From: the human T2T-CHM13v2.0 reference genome, Homo sapiens
Strand: one strand, 5' to 3'
NCBI RefSeq assembly: GCF_009914755.1
Contig: NC_060935.1
DNA length: 64,000 bases
This document shows, piece after piece, positions 28,831-43,644 of the stretch. The number at the start of each line of letters is the position of its first letter. The first letter of the stretch is position 1. A program made the translations under genes and the position numbers. Below the pieces are notes generated by a model that was not told the origin of the DNA, searched no databases, and saw nothing but the letters and a program-made list of their open reading frames with translations.

Positions 28831-30048
28831 TTTAAGCCAATTCCTCTTTCATATTGAACTAACTGTCTCCCCTCAAATCTTCATTTACCTTCCTTAGATA
28901 AAATCCCAAGTAGTAATGCTTTGACTCAAGTTCCCAAAGGCTTTCTGTAAAACAGAAGGTACAAATGCAGACCTCTCAAATGCTTTATGGCAAAGGTTCA
29001 ACATTGTCCAAAAGGGTTTTACAGGGAGCACTAGCTCATAGAAACACAGATGCTTCATCCAGCAGCCTGAAGGAAAAGTCCAGCAATTTGTTACAACGTA
29101 ACATATTACAGCTGGACAACTACAGGGCTTGGAGTTGATCTTACATGCTATGTGACCTTGGGAAAAGAACTTCACCTCTTTGAGCCGTGGTTTCCTGATC
29201 TGTAAATCAGGGATCATGACACATAAAGTTCCTCGTATCATTCCTGGCACATATATACCAATTATAACACTATTCTAAAGTGTTTACTGAGCTTATTATT
29301 AACCATAATTTGTAACTTAACAATGCTTCTAAGGATCTCTACTCAAATTTCCCTAATTCAGGTATTGCTAGACTATATAGGAACGTTCCTTTCTAGGAAG
29401 AAAATATGTTAATGATCAAATGGTTACTAACACTTTTCCACTACAAACAGAGAAGTTTTTAATGACCTGGTCCATTTCAATGCATATATCAGTCATGATA
29501 GAAAATCAAGGGTTGTTTTGTGCTTTCCCCCCATACTAAATAGAGGTTTTATTCTCCTACAAGATGAAACAAACTACAGCATTGCCCTTAGCAGATTCTT
29601 TCTGAAACACAGAATTTCTCAAATCAGCCTAAATGTTAGGAAGGGAAAAAAAATTACCAAAATCCACCTTTTAGGCAATAAACAATTGCTTCAATAATGA
29701 ATTCCATATCAACTTAAAAGATACATTTTTCTTCTAGAACAGCCATTCCTTTCATCTTGTAATTAGACTTTTTAAATTTTTAGCAGCTCACATAACTTTC
29801 ATGGCCATCCAACTTCTTCCCTAGAGCCTACATTGATAGAAAATGTTTTCTACTTTATTTTTCTAAACTGTCACCATGGGATAGGACCTATTTCATTTTC
29901 TCTTCAATTGCAGAAGAACTGAAGGTTGACTGCATGAATTATTAGCTAAAGACTATATTCTTGGAAGGCACCAATGTATAAGCTTTATGTGATTATAAAT
30001 CCTCTAATGCCCACAAATCAATTTCCCTCCTCGTTAGCCCTTACTTAC

Positions 30049-30232
30049 CCACTAACACAGTGATGACCTTGTTGCTGGCATATTGTTCTATCTCCCGCAG
30101 CCACTCAGGAAGGCAACGGAAGGATTCCTCACAGGTAATGTCATAGGTGAGGATCAAGGCATTGGCGCTTCGGTAGTAACTCTGGGTAATGGACCGAAAT
30201 CTCTCTTGACCTGCTGTGTCCCAGATCTGTAG
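30049..30232 (-). CDS. RAB30: RAB30 coding exon 3 (aa 60-120, 184 nt)
   Basis: CAG acceptor, GTAAGT donor; LQIWDTAGQERFRSITQSYYRSANALILTYDITCEESF...VITVLV(G) with G3 DTAGQ and RabF motifs. Confidence 0.99.
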
Positions 30233-30366
30233 CTGTAAAGGCATAAGATAAGAATCAGGTGAAGAAGGATCAGGTTGGAGAAAAAAAGAAAAAAAAAGCT
30301 TTGCCTTGCTTTGGTTTGAAAATGGGTACACCTTTACCCAAACAATTTCATGGTTATTTTCTGCCC

Positions 30367-30397
<31 letters not shown>

Positions 30398-33300
30398 ACT
30401 GAAAATTAAAAAAAAAAAAATCTGTTGGGTGTGTTTCTGGTTAGGGAGAGGGGCTTATTTTGTTTTGTTTTGTTTTTTCTTTGTTAAGAGTTTCCTTTTC
30501 ATTCTTAAAAAAATACATATAGGAAATTCGTCAAGCATTTATTATGTGCCAAGCTCTATTCTAAGCATTTTACCTGTGGCAACTCACTTATTCCTCACAG
30601 TAACCCTATGAGGTAGATACTATCATAATACCCATTTCTTGCATGAATAAACTGAGGCACAGTAAGATTAATTAACTTGTTCAGCATCTCATAGCCAATA
30701 TGTCCCAGAACCAATTCAACCAGGCATTGTGGTCCCAGAGTCCCCGTTCTTACTCACAATGCCATATTACAAAAGGCATGATACAGGGCAAGCTGTGACT
30801 GTTGGCATTTAATCAGCAACTGGAGGGAGAGCCAACCTCACCACTTTTCCAGTTCAAAATTCAAATGGATGTATTAAGGTATTATCTTTGTTAAAGAAAA
30901 CAGGAATCATGCCATGGCAGACAACAATATAATTTTCCTTCAGGTCTCTTAAGTTCTATGACCTTGGCCAAGTCACTTAATCTCTTTGGGCTTTGATTAT
31001 TTCTTTATAAAAAGTGGTTAATAACACACAACCTGCTGAAGGTTCACTTTTTCTGCAGTTATCTACCAGTTCTAAGTCCTAATAACTAATAATTCTAATA
31101 ACAAAGAAGAAGACAATACTTGTCAATTTCCCTGCACAGAGTAGACAACTACTGAAAACGAATTATTCTCCAGGGTGGCTGCTAAGTGTAGAACAAAACA
31201 CAAGGCCTTGAGAAATAAGAACATCAACAAAAACAATAATCTTTCCTTCTAATTGCACGAATTTCACAGGTCACAGGTGTATTCATGTCCAGGGACATAA
31301 GATTGCTTCCTCAGGAAGGCTTTCCAGAACCTTCAGATTAGGCTAGGTTCCCCACCCCCCCACCCCACACAGTCTCTCTTGCGATACATCCTGTCATTCT
31401 CCCTCATGGCACCTGACATGCCTGAATCATTTATTTGTAATAATTTGTTTAATAGCCATCTTTCCCACTAAACTGAAAGCTTCATGAGGGAGACGTCAGG
31501 GTCCATTTAGAGCAAATAGAGCACTTGGCAAATAGGAGGTGCTCAAATATTTACTGATGGTCTCATTTAATCTTTACAACAATCCAGTGAGGTAGGCAAG
31601 TGTACACCTCCCCGTATTAATGGAAACTGTCCCTTAACTAACTGGTTATTCACAAAGCTAGGACATGGCATCCAGGCCTTCTATTTCCAGTTGAGGACTC
31701 ATTCCATGCTCCCATGCTGCTGTTGCCACCAAAGACTAACTAAAATGTGCATCTGTATCCAAAGAGGATGAATCCATTGCTGTCACCCTCTGCTCATACT
31801 AGCTTAGCTAAAGAGACTGCTGAGTGACCCGTAGTCCCTGCCATGAATCAGCAGCACACAAAGGCTCTCCTTTGATCTGCAGTTGCAGCTGCTCTTCGAT
31901 GATACACATGAAAGCCTGTGTATGCTAAAGGCCACTGTACAGATGTTACGGTTTTTGCTGGGACAAAGGCTATTTCTCTTCTCTGCCTCAAACCTAGGGA
32001 CACGGTTCCCCTCTGCCAGGATGTGTCTTAGAATAATGGGCTATTGTTTTAAAGCTGCACTGAGCCCCTAAAACACTTGTGATTGCGATTTAGGAACTGT
32101 TCAGTATTAGAAATCAGTGTGTTCCCACATCTTGAGAACAGCTTCGAGGGTTAAAGTCACTGAAATATTTTCTAGAACAGCGATTGTATGAGCATGCCAA
32201 GATATGTTACCTTCTCATAGGGGGCTGCCTGTTTCTAGCTGACAGTTGATTATTGAGGATATTCATATTCTACTGCCTTTGTCACTCAACTTGGTTTCAC
32301 CATTCTCTGCAATTCATTTGCGCCTTTCGGCATCTATAGGACATTAATATATGCAAGGTACTGTGCTAGGCACATGGAGTATATAAAGATGAATAAAACA
32401 CAGGGAGGATATAAAGATGAATAAAATCAACGCTGATTTCAAACAGCTCACAGTCTATAGAAAGGACACACACAGTTAATTAACTATAGCAGAATACAAG
32501 ATGTTCTATTAAAAAGGAAGAGAGCGTCTCCTGCTGTTAGTCTCATGCCTGTCAATATGTTTTCAATACTGTAGCCACGGGCTTTCTAACCACTCTCACC
32601 TTCAGCATGTGGCTACATTGTTTGTCTACTCTCTTCTCTGCACCACTACTTAAACTCCATTGCCTCACCGTCATAATAATGTACTGCAATCATTGGTTTA
32701 CTACTCTACTACTGAGTTCTTTGAGAGCAAAGGCTGTCTTTTATTTGACCTTACACCCCCAGTACCTTCCTAACACAGCACACAGCACGTGGTAGAAACA
32801 TTTGAATGATGGCTAACTAAATGAACAAAGGATTGTGGAATCACAAGGGAGGAACTGGTCAATTCTACTTAACAGATTAGTAGGGTATTAAAGAAGATTT
32901 CACAGATGGAGCTAGATGATAGTAAGTTCCTAAGGGGCAGGGATGCTTTACCACCACAGTGCTTGGCACAAAACATTTACTACAACACAGGATGGAGGAA
33001 TGAATGGATGGACAGATGGTTGAAGAAACAAATACATATAAATACTTTCATGACTCTCCTATCTATCAACATAGATCTGACTGGAAAGAGATACAGCAAA
33101 TCTTCTATTTCTATTATGATTTATCTCTTAAGGCTAAAATGGTTTAAATTGAGCTTAGAGTTTTTCTTATTACTCATTAATTTATAATAGACTAAAATAT
33201 ATATGAGAAAGTTCTGTGTTTTTTCCATTTTTTTTATTCTGCTAAAACATACATAAAATTTATCATTTTAACCACTTTTAAGCATACAGTTCAGTGGTCT

Positions 33301-33684
33301 ATATATGTTTTAATTATATTTTCTACCAGAGGTCACCTTCATAATGCAGACCCTTTTAAGAGAAGGGCCTCTTCATTAATTTTGTTTTTACTGATTTGGC
33401 GCTTACTTGGCCTTAATAGCTACAAAAATCTAATACCTTGGATTCCCTGCCTTCAATCCTGGGAGCCATCCTGGAAAAAATGATACTTGTAGAGGACACT
33501 GATGAGGGTGTCAGGAGAGTGGTCCTGCCACTCACCAAGCGGGTGATGCCATACGAATCACTGGTGGATTCTCTTATCCACTGACTTTATGAGGCTCTGG
33601 GAAAGCCCGCAAACTACTAGCAAAAAGACACTTTAACATCACTGAGAAAAGATACTCAGTAAATGTTAAAGAAGAAGGATGACA

Positions 33685-34039
<355 letters not shown>

Positions 34040-35167
34040 TTAAAGAAGTTGTTCCTCATATGCCTACATGTTAATGAGGCCCTTAAATTCATGTGGTTGA
34101 AGAGGGCCACCCTGTATCTTTATTTTATATATTGGGCTTGAAAGAATCACAGGCAAGTTGATTTGGACTGGATTTGGGAGATGAGCCAACTGTCACTTTT
34201 TATAGATAAAGTTCTAGAAGCCTGAAGAAGTACTGGGGATAGAAAGTGTGCTGTGAATACAAATATGAGTAAGACACAAACCTTGCTCTTGGGGAGCCTG
34301 TGGCCTTATGGTGGAGTCAGATGTTATAAAAATATCAATTTTTGCAGTGTAATAAGCACTTTTTAAAATAAGGTTTGCAGAAAGTAGAATAAATGGAATA
34401 TTTATGCCTGGGAATTCAGGAAAGAAAAATAAGCCTGTTCTTTAACAGCAGGGACCATTCCTTATTCACCCTTATTTATGGCCAGTGCCTGGAAGGTAGT
34501 AGGCACTAAATCAAATAAATGAACTCATATATATATGAATGGAAAACCCAAATATCTGGAAGTAAAATGCATGAAATAGTAGTTATCTTTACCCAACTCC
34601 TTGGGTAACTACCTCCCCTCCACTAGGACAACAGAAAGCTACAAAAGGCTCCTCCCATCAATGCCTCCTGAGCACACTCCTGTCTCTCTTTCCTGTCCCC
34701 ACAGCCTAGCTCCTTCTTCCCACCCCCCACACTATTTTTGTTCACTTTTTAGTTAGCATTTATGTGGATTTCATACCCTGCTTTTATCTTCCAGTGCTCC
34801 AGCTCCCCATTCACTGCTGTATTTGGTGTGGATGTCTCTGCAGTATGAGCTATTTTAAGGAGTCAGGGCTGGAAGAGACACTGAGAGAGCTTCTGGCCCC
34901 CATTCAAGGACCTCCTCCTAAACACTTCTCTGTGATGGCAAGTATCTAGAAAATGCTGAAGAGCATTATGGAGCTTCTCTGCTCTTCCCAAGGCACTCAA
35001 AGGAAGGAGAGCATGTACGTATGGGAGAAGGATGCAAATAAATGGACCCAAACATAGGATGCTTAGGTTGGGAATCAAGGTAGAACTCTAAAATGCCAGT
35101 TTTCATTGTGCTGCTGATAGCTGGGCTATCCTTCCTTTCCTTCCTTCTTTCCATCCCTCCCCCAGCC

Positions 35168-35197
35168 TTCTCTCTCTCTTTCTCTCTCTCTGTCACC

Positions 35198-35236
<39 letters not shown>

Positions 35237-35470
35237 TCTCGTTCTGTCACCCAGGCTGGAGTGCAATGGCACAATCATGGCTCACTGCAGACTCAACTTC
35301 CCAGGCTCAAACAATGCTCTCACTCAGCTTCCCGAGTAGCTGGGACTACAGGCGCATGCCACCATGACCAGACAATTTTTTATCTTTTGAAGACATGGAG
35401 TCTCGCTATGTCTTCAACTCCTGGCCTCCCAAAGTATTGGGATTATAGGCGTGAGCCACTGTACCAGGCC
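35168..35470 (-). mobile_element. Internally deleted AluJ with (CT)n/(CA)n microsatellite tail
   Basis: (CA)n at ~35199-35233 abutting a reverse Alu. Confidence 0.85.
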
Positions 35471-36500
35471 TTGGCTATCACTTCTTTCCATAAAACCCAG
35501 CTCTGAAGAGCCAACTGTGGAACTTCAGTAACTCTGACGGCAGGTAGAGCACAGTGCCAAACATCAGTATATTTATCCTCCTTCCAGGTGATTTAGTCTC
35601 CCTTCACATTTCTTTCCATCACCTTCCTCCTTTCCTTGCTCCAGGTGATAGGCCTAGTGTGCCTTTCTTCCCTTCTTCTTTCATGGCAGAGGAGACCCCA
35701 GAAAGGCAGTGGGGTGTACTGGTTGGTGAAATGGGTTCAAATCCTGCCTGTCCCCCTTCCTATACTTATCTATGTGTAGCCATGGATAAGTAAGTTATTT
35801 AACCTCTCTGAAGCCAGTAAAACGAGGATAATACCACTTACCCCACAGGTTTACAGTAAGGACTAAACTAAATATAACATATGTAAAAGCACCCAGCAGA
35901 GGCACTGACAGATTGTAGGTACTCAATAAACATTCTCTCCTTTGTCCTGTTCCTGGACACACCATACTTCTTCCAAGTACCAAATCATCCAGAAGCCACA
36001 AAGGCTGGAGGGGCAGGAAGCAGGGGCTAGAGAGCATGTATCCTTTCCCATACTCCTCATTTAGTGTCTTTCCTTTTTAGAGACAAGGATATGAGAGGAG
36101 ACAGGATAATTTAAATAAGTGATTCATAATGAAATGTAGAAATCGGGAGGCTCTTTCATGGGGCTGCTGTTTAGAGGAGGTAGCACCTGCTTATTGGCCC
36201 AGCTCAAGAGATCCAAAAAGAAATTTCTTCCTTATCTTTATGTCACTTGTGACATGACAGGAGACAGGACAAACTTGCCTTAGCCATTTTCTGTCTTCTA
36301 ATCTGTAAACACATCATCCAAAATTCCTTCCTTCCCCCATAAAAAAGACTAGAAGAACTCTGGAAATAAGCCATTATGGCTGAGTGCATTGTTTCCATGT
36401 GGGTTTCAATTAGGAGATTTAATAAATGGTTATGAAAGCAGTACTTCCCCTAACCTCTCACATAGCACCTGACAACCTTAGTGAATATTTAGCACCTTAC

Positions 36501-36584
36501 CTTTACTTTTTCACCATTAATCTCCACTGTCTTAATCATAAAATCAACTCCAATTGTGGCTCCTTGACCTGGGGGGAAAAGACC
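36501..36584 (-). CDS. RAB30: RAB30 coding exon 2 (aa 32-59, 84 nt)
   Basis: TTCTTCAG acceptor, GTAAGG donor; GLFPPGQGATIGVDFMIKTVEINGEKVK (switch I/G2, RabF1 IGVDF). Too short for the ORF track. Confidence 0.98.
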
Positions 36585-39500
36585 CTGAAGAAGAAATAAT
36601 AGAAAAGAACAGCTAAGCAAATATTTCCATTAAATGAAATTTTCTCCTCTCCCCCAGCAACACCCATCACCGGAGTCCTTCCTTCAGCTGAGGTGACTGG
36701 TAGAAAAGAGAACTCTGGTTACTCTCAAGGGAGCCCTGTGCAACTCTGTATGTATGTCTTGAGGGAAAGAGAAAGGAGGGAGAAAGTGGGAGAGAGAAAT
36801 GCTGAAAGAAGAGGAAAGAGACAGGAGGACAGAGAAAAGGAGATAAAGACAGGTGAAGGAGAAAATTGAGAAAGGGCAGGGGAACCTGATTTTAAGAATG
36901 AAAAAGAAAAATCAGACACGAAGATAAGATTGAAGGGCATGCGACCACAGGGATGAGATCAGAATTGGAAGGGTCAGGGCAAAATGGATAGGTTCTTTCT
37001 AAAAGATAAAATCAAGGATACTTAAAACTAGTTATCAGTCTTGAGCATGGACAGCCACGGGAATGGGCAACAATATGAAAAAACAAATAAGAACTCAGCA
37101 TGAGAAGCGGGAATAAGACAGTTTTGGGATCTGTCTTTTTGGATCTCCTGAAGCTTCTGAATTTTCCTTTGCCCCAGGGTGATCACTGTTTTCCTCAGTA
37201 CAATGTACCATGCATGTGTAATTACATGGGATCAAAGCCAAAGACACTGGGAAGATAATCTAAGAAAATTAAGTCATCAAGGAGACAGTAGGGTAGAAAC
37301 AGCACTAAACCAGGAGGCAGCAGCCTTAGGATCTCTGTGTAACCTCAAACAAACCACTCACCCTCTCTGGGCCTCAAATTCAATGAGTTTGAGGCTGATG
37401 TAAGCCATTTTAAAACAAATAAACAAAATGCTTTACTTCAAACTGGAAACTTAACCAGAAAGATGAGATTTTAACAAAGGTACAAGTATAATTTATGCAA
37501 TTTACTATTACATAATGTTTCCTATACGCTTAGGGAGGGAGTTGGGAGTAGCAAGAAATTCTGTCAAGAAAGAACTCTTCACCCAGTTTCTCTTCCCTCT
37601 TCACTTATATTCCAGAATTTCCAGAAATTAAAGTAAAATGGACGTTATTAGTTCTGGCAACTATGACTCAGATATCTTTAATTAAGAATTATTTAAAGTT
37701 TTAGCTTAAAAGACTGAACTTCAAACCAAAAGAAAATGTTCTACTGCATGTTTGCAAAAGATGTAAATATAAACATTCATAACTTTACTTTCAAATATTG
37801 AATCAATTTTCTTCTATTTTGGCTTGGCTCAGATACAAAAGCTGTCAAGCTTCAAGTTTATAGCTCCAGATGTTTTGCACCTCAACAAATGCCAAGAAGT
37901 TAAACGAATTCTTCCCAATGTTTCACCTACCATTTTGTTCCCAACCTCTGTGCCTAAAAAACAGCTAGATCCAGTTCATTTTAACTGTCTGCTAAATAAC
38001 AAAAACAAACATAATCTTGCCTCTGACATATGAGTTTATGGTGGAGTTGAGGAGCTGGGAGGGGTAAAACGTAGACATAAAAGACAAATAAGAAAGAAGA
38101 AAAAAGAGCTTGTTGGCAAAAAATTACTGTTGAAAATGGAGACATTTTCACATCTAATGACAGAGTTTGTGCTTTTAAAGAGAATGGTCTCAGAAGTTAG
38201 AATGTATAGGAGACAAATTATCAGGCTAAGAACCTGGAACCCGGGTTCTAATCCTAGCCTTGCCACTCTATCTAATCTCACAATATAAGATCCTAAGCAG
38301 GCATTTAGCCCCTCTAGATCTGACCTTTCATCTATAAAGTGAGAGAGGTGGGTTGAATAATCTCTAAGTGACCTTTCAATACTAAGACAAGGTCAAGGAA
38401 ACTTTTGATAAAGGGACTGAAAACTTTACTACATCTCTGCAGTCTTATCCTTTTGTCAAAAGCAGAAAATATGACTAATGTTAGGTAGAAGTAAAACCAG
38501 CTGGAGTTTCCAATATATCTCCATGGCAGTTGACTGAGCCCAGATGCCTATTAGCTTGTTACTTTTGATTTCACCAGGCCACGGCTTAGTAAAAAGCATG
38601 GGTTCTATTCACTTATCATGGGAAAAACCCTGACATTTCCAAAGTGACTCTGGGCCCTCTAGCTATTTGTTATTCAATCTGTCTCTTTCGTTTTCCGCAA
38701 AACCACAGACTGTCAGAGCTGGAAGGGGCCTTGGAGCTCACCCAGCCCCTGATGTGCAACAGGCAGTCCCAGGAAAGGGAGGTAACTTACCCAGGCTCAC
38801 AGAGCAAGCCAGGGGCAGAACCAGGACTAAGACCCATGTCTCAACTCCCAAGCCAGTGCTCTTTCCACAGCACCAGGTTATCCTATGCCTTAGATAGAGG
38901 AGCAAGTTCCAACTTGCTGAACAAGTACTTTATGAAAATTCAAGATATGTATGTAATGGTCCTACAAAGGGTATCATTCATATTTTTCAGGGGAAAACAC
39001 ACAAAAAAGGTCAACTTTGGAATGATTTCTATATAAAAGCAGTATATAATCTCCAGCAGTGATTCTCAAAAGGGCAGTCCCAAAGGGAACCTGTACTTAG
39101 ATCATATGATAAGAATTGAATTCAACCCAGAGAGGCCATTCAATTCAGTTCAGATAATTCTTCACTATTTTCATTTCATTCCTACTGAAGAGGTTTAGAA
39201 AATTGGCCTATTTGGTCCTAAATGAAAATGATTCACTCAAGTTTCCTGGGAGGATGTAAGGGGGCATAGGCAGAGTTTGATTGGTTTAATTTGTATTAGA
39301 GTTTTAAAAAATTTAGGTTCAGTTTGACGTCCAGATTCATTTGTTTCCACCTGGGGATTATTAATTAGTAACTTCCTTTTATCCAATAATTTAGTTTTGA
39401 TACTGCACACTGACAGCAAAACCACTTGCCTTTGTCATTAAAGGAAGCAAGAAGAGGCATGGGAGGGTTGGTGGAGACTCCCAGGGCCATGCTCCCGTGA

Positions 39501-39656
39501 GGTGGTTTAAAAACCCCTTGTCTTGGCTACAAAGCAGATGCAGCTTTCAAAGGGTGCATCAGGAACTCACAGCTAAGACCCTGGCATTGAAACTGGTCAT
39601 CCATCTCGACAGATTCCCCCAACCCCTCAGGCTAGACTGACAAACCCAACCCTGGG

Positions 39657-39685
39657 CTTACGAGTTCCCTTACGAGTTCCCTTAC
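39657..39685. repeat. 12-bp tandem repeat (2.4 copies) overlapping the splice donor
   Basis: CTTACGAGTTCC CTTACGAGTTCC CTTAC. Confidence 0.95.
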
Positions 39686-39778
39686 CTGAGTGAATCTTCG
39701 GACGAGGCACGTCTTCCCCACACCAGCGTTGCCAATTAAAACAATTTTGAACAGGAAATCATAATCTTCCATACTCAT
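39686..39778 (-). CDS. RAB30: RAB30 first coding exon (aa 1-31); exon spans 39786-39686 with 8 nt of 5' UTR
   Basis: TTGCAG acceptor (AG at 39788-39787); ATG at 39778; [31 protein letters not shown] with P-loop GNAGVGKT; CAG|GTAAGG donor. Confidence 0.98.
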
Positions 39779-40832
39779 TTACACAGCTGCAAGGCAAACA
39801 CAGGCAAAAGTGAGAAAGGCCCAGTCAGACTTGCCCACAGAGCTCAAGCTGCACCAGCCTTCTCTCCGGGGGAACAGGTCTGACTCATTTAAAGAGCAAT
39901 TTAAAGCTCCCCTCCGGTGACCCTGCCAGCTAGACAGAAACACAGGTGTTTGGTCACAGACGGACTTTATTCCTTCTCAGCTACCTCATGCCACAGAGAA
40001 TAAATGACGCAGATGTCGTTTCACCTGGTAACCTTTATTCCTCCAAGCTATCATGTCGCAGTTTCCTCCTGTGATAAATCTGTTTTCTTTCAGCATGAAA
40101 AGGAGATGACAAACCTCTGTGCAGGCAAGCTGGGGTGCAAAAAAGCAAGGACAATAGCGAGCCCATCCAGAGCTTAAAGGACGTTTATGGAATGTGTATG
40201 ACTCTGGAAAGAAGTACTAGTGATGCGCAGACTGAATGAAGAGGAAGGAACTATAAAGGGCCCTTTTAGTCTCCTGCTTCTGGAAGTCTTAGGGTCTTAC
40301 AAATGGTAGTCATAGCCATCTTTCCCCTCTATCTCCTATACATCTCCTGCCAGCCATGCTGATGCTACAGGGCCTCCCAAAGTGCCTGTCTGTTCACTCC
40401 TCTGGGCTTTGGTATGTGCCATTTCTTCTGCCTGGGATGCCCTCCCTTCCACCCCTTCTGCACCTTGAAGTCCTTGAAGGTCCAATGCCAGCAATTCTTT
40501 CTCTTTGAATCTTTCACTGATCTTCCCCAAATAAAGTTAAACACTTTCAACACTTCTCTGTCCTAAAACTTCACTTGCTGTATACAATTGTTTGTTCAAA
40601 TATCTGCCTCATCCTTAAGGGATGGGATTATGCCTGTCAGCTCTATTTCCTAGCCCCTGGGACAGAGTTACTCTTTTAAATGTCTATCCTATAGAAATAA
40701 AAAATTAATTAATGGGCATGTTGCTTATGTGTAGGCCTTAGTTTCTCCAACTGCGCTAGAAAGACTGTGACTAAAAGGGCATACTAAAAGAATGCTCTGT
40801 CTACTTCAGTGGACTGCTGTGAAGATTTTTTA

Positions 40833-41074
<242 letters not shown>

Positions 41075-43233
41075 CTACTGGGTGCTTACTATAGGATTCT
41101 GTTATCACCACAGGAAATACAGAGAAGAGACAATGTCTGCCCTCAAGACCAACATGAGAAAAGTTAAATAATGAAAAAAAAAAAAAGCTAAATAACAATT
41201 TGCGCCAACAGTGCAAGAGTGGAGCTCTTTTCTTAAGGTGTAGGCAGAACAGACCCAATAGACTCTGGAGAGAGAGGAAATGGGCAGTTAGGGAGCTCAT
41301 GAGGGGAAGGGTGCTGGGAGATAGGAAAGCGTCAGGGTCACTCCTACCAGCAGACCTGGAGCTCAAATGCCTGCAGGCTTGTAGGGCAGAGAGGAGAGCC
41401 CAATTAGCTGAACCTGTCAAGTAGCCAGGGGAGTAAATTCCCTATGTGCAAAGATGATGTCTGTGTAGATTTCAATTAATCCTTGGAAAAATGACTGACA
41501 ACCAAGCCAACATGTAGGTAGCTCATGGGGTTCCATCCCAGTTCATTGGGCCTGTGAAGGAAAAACATTTCTCTGTACAAGAATCTGGGTCCATAAGCAG
41601 TGGTAGCATTATACTTGGCCCTTTATGTGTATTTCCATTTGTTTCTACAAGTATATAAGGTTTGTATTTACTAACACATTATCTGTTTTACAGATTAGTG
41701 AACTGAGGTTAAAGGAAATTAAGAGGGTGGCCTGAAATCATAAAGCTAAGCACCAGATTCATGTTCCAAAGGCATATGGTATCATAAAAAATGGAGCCAG
41801 AGAGACCAAGGTTCATACCCTGGCTGCACTGACCTTCTAAGCCTGTGCCTTTGGGCAAATGACAATTTTTCAAAGCCTCAGCTTCCCCATCAACAAAATG
41901 GGGCCAATAACACCTATACCACAGAACTGTGATGCATGAAAGAATGAATGGGAGCCCCTAAGGGCAGTACCTGGCTCTTTGTCACCCAAACTCCTTAAAA
42001 GGATTCTCAAATTTTCCATGATCTGGTTCCTGCTGTCACTGCCAGCTCTGTCTCCTACCACTCTCCTCATAATCCACATTCTAGGCTCACTGGATTTCCT
42101 CAGTTACTTAAATACCATGGGATTGCTTTTCTCCTTAGACCTTCACATATATTGTTCCATCTGCCTAGAACACAAAACACAACTGAACCTCGCACCCTCC
42201 CCCACCACCCCAAGCCTCCCTGAGATCTCAGCTTCAACATGACTTCCTCCAGTCTGCTCCTCTGACCTACGAAGGTCCTGGGCCTCCCTGCTCTAGGCTC
42301 CCACAATGACCTCCTTTCCTGCTATAAACTCACCATGCTACCTGTAATTAATTATTCACATATCTCACACTCTGGCCCCATCCTCAGCACCTCAGCCCTA
42401 CACACATGTACACTCATGACTGTGAGCAGCATGAGAGCAGTGACGTGTCAGGTTGAGTCCAGATCCTAACCCCTCCCCATCATCATCATCTCATTCTATA
42501 TTATTAAGTCACTTAATCTCAAAACAACCCTATGAGGGGGACGCTATACTATTAGTATCCTAATTTGGTAGAGGGGGCTGCTGAGACACAAGAGAAGTTA
42601 AAAAAGCAGTCGTAAGGTCCCACAGCTGGTAACTAGTGGAGCTGAGATTCATACCCAGATAATCTGGCTGTCACATTCATGTCCTTGAACCACTACCCAA
42701 GTGCCTTTCACAATGCTGGCTCAGAGCAAAAGCTCAAGAAAGATGGATGAATTACATGATGAAGGCAAGCACTTAATCAATGTGATCACCCTTTCCTCTT
42801 CACCTCTGGCTTCAAATATAAAACTCTACCACCCTGTAGAAGTTTAAATAAGAATCAAAGTCAAACTCCTGATAAACACTCAGGGACATGATATATAAAC
42901 TAAAATTCAATAACGCTATTAGAAAGAAAAATAATAAAACTCACGGAAGGCACATGGACAGCAGGAAGGCATGAGGCTCTGTGGACCACAACTCTCTGCT
43001 TTCATAAGCCCATAAGAAACAGGAAACACAGGACTGGACTGCATTCTTTTTCTGTGCCTAGATTGTTTGACACACACTCATTTCTACATCTTTGCTGGAG
43101 GTCAAAGAACCAAAGCAGGAAATCCAGAGGAGAATGTCAAAAGTAAAGACTTTAGAAACAGGGCTCTTAAAGAAAGTTAACGGTGCCCAAATTATGCACC
43201 TTTAGAAAAAGAAGGTGAAAAAAAGGCTTTGTC

Positions 43234-43564
<331 letters not shown>

Positions 43565-43644
43565 TTACCACCTGGAGCAAGCTACAGAATAAGTTAAGAC
43601 ACTACCCCTTTCTATAAGAAATTACTCTAATGCTCTGTTGAATG

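Noticed and set aside
30041-30331. 96-aa ORF as a standalone gene or N-terminally extended isoform
   Set aside because: It is RAB30 coding exon 3 read through flanking intron; canonical splice sites bound the real exon.
32381-32426. 18-bp direct repeat ATATAAAGATGAATAAAA with a 10-nt spacer (similar 16-bp repeat at 15179/15214)
   Set aside because: Local slippage duplications inside L2/MIR relics with no sign of function.
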